Source: a virus. From it: 35,210 nucleotides of DNA. Position numbers and translations under genes: made by a program. Shown piece after piece: positions 15,564 to 22,489 of the stretch. Location of the stretch: positions 1 to 35,210 of IMG/VR virus record IMGVR_UViG_3300032285_002026; one strand, written 5' to 3'. Below the pieces are notes generated by a model. The model worked only from the letters and a program-made list of their open reading frames with translations. It did not search any database and was not told the origin of the DNA. Each line of letters starts with the position of its first letter. The stretch's first letter is position 1.

Positions 15564-15572
15564 TTCCTAACC
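15564..15572 (+). promoter_or_regulatory. TTCCTAACC 5'-UTR element
   Basis: It lies 15 nt before ATG 15588 and 5' of the AAAGGGG SD. Confidence 0.4.
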
Positions 15573-15587
15573 ATCAAAGGGGTAATT

Positions 15588-15824
15588 ATGAAACTTTGCA
15601 TCGATTGCAAGCATTACAAATCACGTTCCTGTTTTCATCCATCTATCGGCGTTGACTTAGTTGAGGGCGGTTTAAAGTCCGAATATTGCGCTGTCATGCG
15701 TTTAGATACTCGCGCTTGTAAGCCTGAAGGACTTCTATTTGAACCGATGGAGGCCGTTGTTTATGACATTGCAGCACTTTTTCCAGATACCAATTTTCCT
15801 AACATCAGAGGACAAAACCAATGA
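15588..15824 (+). CDS. Small Cys-rich protein
   Basis: I chose the ATG at 15588 (MKLCIDCKHYKSRSCFH..). The TTG start given by the track (15525) is the -35 box of P2. Confidence 0.6.
   Translation: MKLCIDCKHYKSRSCFHPSIGVDLVEGGLKSEYCAVMRLDTRACKPEGLLFEPMEAVVYDIAALFPDTNFPNIRGQNQ
15796..15803 (+). promoter_or_regulatory. TTCCTAAC element within the 3' end of the preceding CDS
   Basis: It lies 17 nt before ATG 15821 and 5' of the AGAGGA SD. Confidence 0.35.
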
Positions 15825-16009
15825 CCATCCAAATAAGCACCCAAGCGATAGACGCTCTAAGCGTCCAAGACATCCTCAGACCTTTTGAGAAGGATGCCGA
15901 GAAGATGCAAATGCGTGACCAGATTGAAATGCTGGAGCGTGAAGTAGACCGTCAAAGCACAATCATTGACGCACTAATCAAAGCAATTAAAGTTATTGAG
16001 AGGGGTTAA
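15821..16009 (+). CDS. Hypothetical 62-aa helical protein
   Basis: ORF with an ATGA overlap to the upstream gene. Confidence 0.6.
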   Translation: MTIQISTQAIDALSVQDILRPFEKDAEKMQMRDQIEMLEREVDRQSTIIDALIKAIKVIERG

Positions 16010-16011
16010 TC

Positions 16012-16317
16012 ATGGCTACTGAAAACTTATCCAAAATTAATGGTCAGTTAAAAAGAGAAATTACTAAAAAAAATAAAGAGATTCTGGCTCTCAAAAAAAA
16101 TGATAAAGATAGATTTTTAGAGTGGAGAACTCAAAAAGATAAAGCGTGTAAAGCTGAAGAAAAAGCAATGGAGCTTGAGAAAGAAATATCAAAACTCAAA
16201 GATAAAATTGATAATCAAGAAAGAGCTTATAGAAGATTGTCCAACATTGTTAAATCTCTTTCAGAGTCGCTTTATGCTGCCTCAGAAGCTCTAAACAACA
16301 TCACAGGAGGTATGTAA
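16012..16317 (+). CDS. Coiled-coil protein
   Basis: 101 aa, K/E-rich with a heptad-like composition. GAGGGG SD lies upstream. Confidence 0.6.
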   Translation: MATENLSKINGQLKREITKKNKEILALKKNDKDRFLEWRTQKDKACKAEEKAMELEKEISKLKDKIDNQERAYRRLSNIVKSLSESLYAASEALNNITGGM

Positions 16318-17219
16318 TGGCTAACGCACAATCAGATTTCGCGCCAGAGGTACGCAATAGCGCATGGTGGTCGGGTGACTCTCGCAAAGCAGCCAACGGT
16401 CGCGGTAATGAAGCTGTCTTAGAGAAGCTAGGCTTGAAAGAACGTCCAGACCTATCACAAGTGGAAGCTGTCCAAATGGGTCACGTTATGCAGCCCCTCA
16501 TCGGACGTTTAGCCCAAGACAAACTACAGATTGAATTGAAGGACGCTGATTATGCCCTCACGCACCCTAAAGAGACTTGGCTTAAAAGTCACTTCGATTT
16601 TATCTCTGCTGACGGTAAAACTCTTGTTGAGGCGAAAAACTACAACGCGAATGTTCGTAATAAGTTTGACGCAGAGTCGTGCATTATTCCTGCGGCAGAT
16701 ATGGCTCAACTGGTCCACGAAGCAGCGTGTCACAACGTCGAGCGCATTGTACTCGCCGTTCTTTTCGGCGGGCAGAATTTTGAGACATTCGAGTTCACCA
16801 TCTCCGAAGCTCAAAAGGAAGCTCTCATTCAGGATATGGCGCGTTTCTGGGGTGCTGTCGCTACCAAACAGCCACTTGAACCAGAGACTACCGAGCAGAC
16901 AAAACTTGTCTACGCTCAGGACAAAGGAACTTCTATTGTTGCCATACAACACATCGAAAAAGCTGCGGAAGCTCTGAAGTTCGTTAAAGAGGAAATCAAG
17001 CGGCTAGAAGAAAAGGAAGAACACCTTCTTACCGCTATCCAGAATCACATGCAATGGTCATCTGAGCTAGTATCTTTTGATGGAAAAGTTCTCGCAACGT
17101 GGAAAAACTCTAAAGGCAGCGAACGATTCGACGCTAAAGCCTTCCAAGCCCAACACCCCGACATTTACGCGAAGTTTGTCGCGAAAACGTCAGGTTCTCG
17201 CCGCTTTTTACTTAAATAA
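16317..17219 (+). CDS. YqaJ / lambda-Exo-type recombination exonuclease (PD-(D/E)XK)
   Basis: Contains MGHVMQPLIG and DFISADGKTLVEAKN (a D...E-x-K motif). It lies next to an annealing-protein gene. Confidence 0.7.
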   Translation: MANAQSDFAPEVRNSAWWSGDSRKAANGRGNEAVLEKLGLKERPDLSQVEAVQMGHVMQPLIGRLAQDKLQIELKDADYALTHPKETWLKSHFDFISADGKTLVEAKNYNANVRNKFDAESCIIPAADMAQLVHEAACHNVERIVLAVLFGGQNFETFEFTISEAQKEALIQDMARFWGAVATKQPLEPETTEQTKLVYAQDKGTSIVAIQHIEKAAEALKFVKEEIKRLEEKEEHLLTAIQNHMQWSSELVSFDGKVLATWKNSKGSERFDAKAFQAQHPDIYAKFVAKTSGSRRFLLK

Positions 17220-17229
17220 TGGAGGATTT

Positions 17230-17445
17230 ATGTACGCATTCCCATCAGGACACAACCCTAAAACTGGCACTCAAGAATCTGGCATGACCTTGCGTGATTT
17301 CTTTGCAGCTAAAGTGATTGCTGTGATTGTTGATGATTTATATAAAGACGGACTGTACATCACAGAAAATCCAGATGTGATTCAACACGCAGCTATTGCA
17401 GCTTACGAAATGGCTGATGAAATGATGAAAGCGAGGGACTTATGA
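17230..17445 (+). CDS. Hypothetical 71-aa protein
   Basis: I chose the internal ATG at 17230, which has GGAGG upstream. The longer ORF would overlap the exonuclease gene. Confidence 0.55.
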   Translation: MYAFPSGHNPKTGTQESGMTLRDFFAAKVIAVIVDDLYKDGLYITENPDVIQHAAIAAYEMADEMMKARDL

Positions 17446-18239
17446 CAGCCCTAGTACCAATAAATGAAATAAGAGAAATGGCTGAAGTAGCAGCCAAGAG
17501 CAAGATGTTCGGCTTTAAGTCTCCAGACGAAGCAATGGCAATTATGTTGCTCTGTCAGGCTGAGAACTTGCATCCTGCTATCGCTATGCGTGACTTTCAC
17601 GTTATCCAAGGCCGTCCAGCACTAAAGGCAGACGCTATGCTTGCCCGTTTCCAGCAAGCCGGTGGCTTTGTCAAATGGGAGGAATACACCGATGAACGGG
17701 TTACTGGTAATTTTTCTCACCCTAACGGCGGCAGTGTGTCTGTCACTTGGACATTCGAGATGGCAAAGAAAATCGGGCTTACCGGCAAGGATAACTGGCG
17801 CAACTATGCGAGAGCTATGCTTAGAGCCAGATGCGTCTCTGAGGGCGTTAGAACAGTCTATCCGGGCTGCGTCGTTGGAGTTTACACGCCAGAAGAAGTC
17901 GAGACGTTCAAGACGCCTAGCCAGACAGTCAAGGACATGGGCGAAGCGGAAGTGGTTATTAAGGAACAGGTAACGGAGTACCAGTTATTCCTGCCTGACG
18001 GTTCTGTCTACGCTAATTGCACGAACTGGCAAGACTACATTGAACGCTATGTAGCTATGCTTGACGCTATCGAGAATTCGCCGAAGTTAAAGAAGGAAGA
18101 AAAGGCAGAAAAGCGAAAAACTTGGGAGGCGGGGAACGCTGACGCAATCAAGCGCATGGATGCAGTCACCAAGACACAATTTATAGCAGCCAAACAAGGT
18201 GTAGATACCTTTGCAGACTTGGAGGACGCTATTGAGTAA
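17442..18239 (+). CDS. RecT/Redbeta-superfamily single-strand annealing protein
   Basis: EAMAIMLLCQAENLHPAIAMRDFHVIQGRP and RAMLRARCVSEGVRTVYPGCVVGVYTPEE match in pattern the Bet segments QFIALLIVANQYGLNPWTKEIYAF and RMLRHKAMIQCARLAFGFAGIYDKDE. An exonuclease gene lies upstream. Confidence 0.7.
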   Translation: MTALVPINEIREMAEVAAKSKMFGFKSPDEAMAIMLLCQAENLHPAIAMRDFHVIQGRPALKADAMLARFQQAGGFVKWEEYTDERVTGNFSHPNGGSVSVTWTFEMAKKIGLTGKDNWRNYARAMLRARCVSEGVRTVYPGCVVGVYTPEEVETFKTPSQTVKDMGEAEVVIKEQVTEYQLFLPDGSVYANCTNWQDYIERYVAMLDAIENSPKLKKEEKAEKRKTWEAGNADAIKRMDAVTKTQFIAAKQGVDTFADLEDAIE

Positions 18240-18254
18240 TTTCAGGCATGGACA

Positions 18255-18278
18255 GCCCCAAAGCATCGGGGCATTTTT
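18255..18278 (+). terminator. Weak intrinsic terminator or attenuator after the annealing-protein gene
   Basis: GCCCC-AAAGCATC-GGGGC followed by ATTTTT. Confidence 0.35.
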
Positions 18279-18300
18279 ACCCAAAATTAAGGAACCCATT

Positions 18301-18582
18301 ATGAGTGAAGCAAGAGAGTACACAAAGTTTATCCCCCAAGAACTAAAAGGGCGTATCACGCACAATAAATACAAACAAAAGGACACAGAGCCAGACATGA
18401 AAGGCACGCTCTGCGTGAAAGGTCAGATTATTAATTTCGGTATCTGGAAGAACGACGGTCCACATGGAGAGTATTTTAACATCCGGGTATCTGACCCTGA
18501 CTGGAAGGATAAGCAGAAGGACGCTCAGTATCCAAAAGAGATAACGCCGAAATCTAAGATGGCTGGCGATATTCCTTGGTAA
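18301..18582 (+). CDS. Small OB-fold-sized protein with an SSB-like C-terminal tip (..MAGDIPW)
   Basis: ATG 18301 with AAGGA upstream. 93 aa. The C-terminus DIPW resembles the DIPF tip of bacterial SSB. It lies between the annealing-protein gene and RusA. Confidence 0.5.
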   Translation: MSEAREYTKFIPQELKGRITHNKYKQKDTEPDMKGTLCVKGQIINFGIWKNDGPHGEYFNIRVSDPDWKDKQKDAQYPKEITPKSKMAGDIPW

Positions 18583-18965
18583 TGCACGCATGGCTTGAGT
18601 TGCCGTTCCCGCCTTCAATGAATACTTATTGGAGGAACTTTCGGGGGAGAACTGTTCTCTCAAAGAATGGACGGCAATTCAAGATAGCTGTGCAGGACTA
18701 CATAATAGAAAAGAACATTCCTAAATTTGGGGACAAGAAGTTGAAGATAACAATGATTTTGCGCCCTAGAGATAAGAGGAAAATTGACATCGATAACCGG
18801 ATTAAGGCAGTTCTAGACAGCCTTCAAGACGCAGGGGTTTTCGATGATGATTTTCAGGTAGACCACATTGAGATGATTCGAGGAGAACAAATCAAGGGTG
18901 GCCTTATACGGGTTTTGATTGAAGAACTACCAGACCCCCGTCAGACCGAGGGCGAGTCCCTCTGA
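18582..18965 (+). CDS. rusA: RusA-type Holliday junction resolvase
   Basis: ATG 18582 overlaps the upstream stop (TAATG). PPSMNTYWR and DIDNRIKAVLDSLQDAGVFDDDFQV are typical RusA motifs. Confidence 0.8.
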   Translation: MHAWLELPFPPSMNTYWRNFRGRTVLSKNGRQFKIAVQDYIIEKNIPKFGDKKLKITMILRPRDKRKIDIDNRIKAVLDSLQDAGVFDDDFQVDHIEMIRGEQIKGGLIRVLIEELPDPRQTEGESL

Positions 18966-19029
18966 GGACAGGTTAGGAACGCTTGGGCAACGTCTCGGTC
19001 AGCCCACTAATTCAACTAAAGGGGATTAC

Positions 19030-19767
19030 ATGAAACACTTATTCGTCAGCACACCTATGTACGGTGGCCTATGCTATGGCTTCTACACTCAGTCTTGTTT
19101 AAAGCTGCAAACGCTCTGTAAAGACGCTAACGTCAACTTGAGCTTTTCTTATCTGTTCAATGAATCCTTGATTCAACGGGCTAGGAACTTACTGGCTAGT
19201 CATTTCTTAAAATCTGACGCTACACATATGATGTTCATTGATGCGGATATTCACTTCAATCCCGCTGACATCATGCCGATGATGGAGTCTGATAAAGACA
19301 TCATTTGTGGCATCTACCCAAAGAAGGAAATCAACTGGCAGACGGTCCGTAACGCAATTAATGCCGGTGTACCGGATGACCAGCTAAAACTTCATACAGG
19401 GGCGTTTGTGGTCAATCTGGTGGATTACCAGACCGAGGTAACGGTGCCGATAAATAAGCCAGTTGAGATATGGAATGGTGGCACGGGTTTTATGCTCATT
19501 AAGCGTGAAGTCATTGAGGGCTTAATTGGGAAAGTTCCGACATACTTGAATAACGTGTTGGACCTAAACAATCCCGGCAACGGTGAAACCATCAATGAGT
19601 TCTTTGCAACGCAAATTGAGCCAGAAACGCAAATCTTGCTGTCTGAGGATTATGACTTCTGCAAAAAGGCACGTAAGGCAGGTTACAAGGTTTGGGCAGC
19701 ACCTTGGGTGCAGTTGTCTCACGTTGGCACCTATGCCTTTGAAGGCAAGTTGTTGCAAACGCCATGA
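19030..19767 (+). CDS. GT-A-fold glycosyltransferase-like protein
   Basis: I chose ATG 19030, which has AAAGGGGA upstream. Contains MFIDADI (a DxD-type motif) and LSEDYDFCKKARKAGYKV..SHVG. Confidence 0.6.
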   Translation: MKHLFVSTPMYGGLCYGFYTQSCLKLQTLCKDANVNLSFSYLFNESLIQRARNLLASHFLKSDATHMMFIDADIHFNPADIMPMMESDKDIICGIYPKKEINWQTVRNAINAGVPDDQLKLHTGAFVVNLVDYQTEVTVPINKPVEIWNGGTGFMLIKREVIEGLIGKVPTYLNNVLDLNNPGNGETINEFFATQIEPETQILLSEDYDFCKKARKAGYKVWAAPWVQLSHVGTYAFEGKLLQTP

Positions 19768-20117
19768 TGAGGGACAAATACGCTCCCCATGTTGATTTTG
19801 GGGAGTTGTCCGGTCTGCTTGGCAAGGTTTTGCCGTCAAATCTGGATATGGTCCTAGAACGCAAAGGACACTTCCTATTTGGCGAATGGAAGCGAGACGG
19901 GGAAAAGATAAGCAAAGGCCAAGAAATCCTCTTAAAAGCCCTCTCAGGGCTTCCTAAGACCACGGTTTTAGTGGTCTCTGGAGACACCGACAATGGGATG
20001 CGTGTAGAGCGTTTCTGGAGGATTTTGCCGGACGGCAGTTATGCCGATTGTGGCAAAGGCTTAATAGCCTTTAAAGACTACATAACCGAATGGTACCTAG
20101 TAGCAGATATAGGTTAA
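19764..20117 (+). CDS. Hypothetical protein (possible PD-(D/E)XK-like D...E-x-K motif)
   Basis: 117 aa with an ATGA overlap to the upstream gene. The motif call from NLDMVLERKGHFLFGEWK is speculative. Confidence 0.55.
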   Translation: MMRDKYAPHVDFGELSGLLGKVLPSNLDMVLERKGHFLFGEWKRDGEKISKGQEILLKALSGLPKTTVLVVSGDTDNGMRVERFWRILPDGSYADCGKGLIAFKDYITEWYLVADIG

Positions 20118-20141
20118 TGTTGCAGCGCAACATAGTATTTT
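20117..20141 (+). terminator. Weak hairpin plus a short T-tract
   Basis: ATGTTGC-AGC-GCAACAT followed by AGTATTTT. This may be an attenuator or a stability element only. Confidence 0.25.
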
Positions 20142-20159
20142 CCTTGGGGGATGGGAACC

Positions 20160-20996
20160 ATGAAACTAATTAGCAATTGTGTGTGTTGTGGTTCTAAGCG
20201 GCTAGAACGGGGTTTAGGGTACTTCCAGCCGTTTATTTCCCACAAGGTAATGGATTACCCTGCCGAGCAGATAAACGTCAATGGCGGGGCTTTTTACCCC
20301 CTCCTGTTCACTAATTCCCTGCGGTGTTTGGAATGTTCCTTTGTTTTCTCCCAAGTTAGGTTTGATGATGAGGAGATGGCAAAGATATATACGGACTATA
20401 GGGGTCCTAAATACACCGATACACGGTCACTATTTGAGCCGGGTTATGACCAATTAAACAAGAATTTGGGCAAACACCCCCAAGAAGTGCAAAGTAGAGC
20501 CGCTGCTTTGGCTTCTTTTGTGCAGCCAGAAGTCGATGTAGCCAAGGTTAGCTCAGTCCTAGACTACGGCGGGGATGAAGGCCAGCACATCCCTTCCTAC
20601 TTCTCTCAGGCCAAGAAATACGTCTACGAAGTCTCCGGTGTGGACGCTGTAGAAGGGGTTACTAAGGTCAATGATGCGTCTAATGGTTACGTAGACTTTA
20701 TTATTTGTAGTAACGTCTTAGAACACCTGCCGTATCCAGCACAAGCGTTAGACAAAATATCGAACTGGATGCACAAAGACACGATACTGTTCATTGACGT
20801 ACCGGATGAGATGACAGGTAACGGAGAGCATCCCCTTTCTTTCCACGAACACATCAATTACTTTACTGAGCCGTCTGCAGTCGCATTAATGAAAAAGAAT
20901 GGGTTTGAGGTTCTGAAAGTGAAAACGGTAGAACTAGACTTTGGCTATGCACAGGCTAGACAAGTGTTTTTACTAGCAAAACTGTCTTACCCTTAA
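20160..20996 (+). CDS. Class I SAM-dependent methyltransferase with an N-terminal 4-Cys Zn-ribbon (sugar C/O-methyltransferase-like architecture)
   Basis: Contains CVCCGS...CLECSF, then VLDYGGDEG (motif I) and FIICSNVLEHLPYP. The SD spacing favours ATG 20160 over 20151. Confidence 0.7.
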   Translation: MKLISNCVCCGSKRLERGLGYFQPFISHKVMDYPAEQINVNGGAFYPLLFTNSLRCLECSFVFSQVRFDDEEMAKIYTDYRGPKYTDTRSLFEPGYDQLNKNLGKHPQEVQSRAAALASFVQPEVDVAKVSSVLDYGGDEGQHIPSYFSQAKKYVYEVSGVDAVEGVTKVNDASNGYVDFIICSNVLEHLPYPAQALDKISNWMHKDTILFIDVPDEMTGNGEHPLSFHEHINYFTEPSAVALMKKNGFEVLKVKTVELDFGYAQARQVFLLAKLSYP

Positions 20997-21217
20997 CGGC
21001 ATCCCCAACGTCTACGGGCTGCTTTGCCACGTTCACCCTTCCAATTCTTAGAGCGAGCGCAAAATGATTTATGTCTTGGTCCTGATTTGGTTGGAGCCTT
21101 CAAGTTACTGCCGGTAGCACGGTTGTACTTTTTACGTCCTTTAGCGGTCAGACCACCACCAGCTTTGACAGAGAGCTTCTCACCGCGACCTACTGATAAA
21201 TTGGTATCTTTAGACAT
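20993..21217 (-). CDS. Small basic protein, last gene of the leftward arm
   Basis: 74 aa. Its start overlaps the endolysin stop (TAATG). It contains GGLTAKGRKKYNRATGSNLKAP. Confidence 0.55.
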   Translation of the reverse strand: MSKDTNLSVGRGEKLSVKAGGGLTAKGRKKYNRATGSNLKAPTKSGPRHKSFCARSKNWKGERGKAARRRWGCR

Positions 21218-21717
21218 TACGCCCCCAAATACATAGCACGCTCATCATTACGCCTAATTACTAGCCCTTTTTGGATGACGCCAGCAGCTAAACGATACTT
21301 CAAAAAGGCATCAGCCGCCCCATTAAAGTCACCGCGATTGTGGCACTGTCTAATACTAGACTTTTGAAGCCCTCCAAGCCCTGCATTGAAGGCAAATGAG
21401 CAGAGTGCGTCAAACCTTCCCTGAGTAAGATTAGCAGGGCACAAACGTAAAACACCTCGCTCAAATCGAACCAAGTCTTTCTCAAGAATTTCAAGGACTT
21501 CATCATCACTTAGCTTTCTATCCCACTCACTAGGGCACTTCAACTTGCCAGCAGCCTTAGCAGCCTTGCGTTCGTCTAGCTTCATAGCTAAATGCTCTGG
21601 CGGCGCGATTAAATGACCAACACCCGTAGTCCAGAGCAGTACGCTATCCAGATAAGGCTTCTTCCTGACACCCTCATGGTGCGCTAGAGCAACCCTACCT
21701 TTGTCTGACACCTTCAT
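21217..21717 (-). CDS. Endolysin, GH24 (T4/lambda lysozyme family)
   Basis: HHEGVRKKPYLDSVLLWTTGVGH gives E15, D24 and T30, the same spacing as the T4 lysozyme triad E11/D20/T26. Confidence 0.8.
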   Translation of the reverse strand: MKVSDKGRVALAHHEGVRKKPYLDSVLLWTTGVGHLIAPPEHLAMKLDERKAAKAAGKLKCPSEWDRKLSDDEVLEILEKDLVRFERGVLRLCPANLTQGRFDALCSFAFNAGLGGLQKSSIRQCHNRGDFNGAADAFLKYRLAAGVIQKGLVIRRNDERAMYLGA

Positions 21718-22196
21718 TTTTTAAACGCTTGAGTTCCAAACCAGAACGCTATGACGGAAGCCCAAATCTGTTGGGTATCGTCATCCCAAAGCTGGTCTAG
21801 CATCAGCTTAAAGTCTACGTCATGCGCCCAAGCATAAGCAAAACCAGCTATGTCTATAAATACCAGAAGGCCAAACAAGCCCAAAGTAATGACAGGACGA
21901 ACGGAAGCGCGAAGATTAATAACCCATTGAGCCGCACCTTTGCCAATCTCAATGTCATGCTGATAAAGTGCTTTACGTTCATCTGCTGCGGTCTGTATCT
22001 GTATCTGTTCAGTGTGTATATCTTCTATGCGTTCCTGAGAAGCAAAGCCAGCAGCCTGTAACTTCATTTGCTGGTCCATCTGCATCTGAGCAAGCTCTAG
22101 TTCATGCTTCTTGTCAGACTTGTCCTGAAAGAAGTCTAGGATTCTTGGCAAGCCACCGGAAAGAAAACTAATTAAGGTTGAAAGGATAGTCAGCAT
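21714..22196 (-). CDS. Holin-like membrane protein (resembles the 3-TM GTA-holin / DUF3154 type)
   Basis: It has an N-terminal TM, a Q/E-rich linker, then VRPVITLGLFGLLVFIDIAGFAYAW and a C-terminal TM. It lies directly upstream of the endolysin with an ATGA overlap. Confidence 0.55.
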   Translation of the reverse strand: MLTILSTLISFLSGGLPRILDFFQDKSDKKHELELAQMQMDQQMKLQAAGFASQERIEDIHTEQIQIQTAADERKALYQHDIEIGKGAAQWVINLRASVRPVITLGLFGLLVFIDIAGFAYAWAHDVDFKLMLDQLWDDDTQQIWASVIAFWFGTQAFKK

Positions 22197-22489
22197 TATT
22201 CACCTTGCAATTCAAGTAATAGTTTAGTCCTCAACGCACGCATTTTCCTCGTTTCCTCTAACGCTGCATTAGTCGCTGTGTTCATATCCATGTACATGAC
22301 AGCCATGACCGGGATAACAATTATCAGCACAATACACAAGACCACCAAGGCGACGAGAAATGATAACGGTACGTCTGGCTCATCCTTATCAGTATCATCA
22401 CGCATAGGAACCACAATATTATGAACGCGACCGCGAGAATTGAGGTCAGTTGCTCCCCTATTTTTCTTCTTATATTTGCCCGTCGCCAT
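22196..22489 (-). CDS. Single-TM lysis-cassette protein (spanin-, antiholin- or holin-like)
   Basis: 97 aa. It has a charged N-terminus, the TM LSFLVALVVLCIVLIIVIPVMAVMYM, and a short helical C-terminus. Its stop overlaps the holin start. Confidence 0.5.
   Translation of the reverse strand: MATGKYKKKNRGATDLNSRGRVHNIVVPMRDDTDKDEPDVPLSFLVALVVLCIVLIIVIPVMAVMYMDMNTATNAALEETRKMRALRTKLLLELQGE

Noticed and set aside
22440-22475. Programmed -1 frameshift site joining the 172-aa and 97-aa lysis-cassette frames
   Set aside because: The only A-rich stretch (AGA AGA AAA ATA GGG) does not fit the X XXY YYZ heptamer, and I saw no obvious downstream stimulatory structure. The possibility is retained only as one option in the overlap finding.
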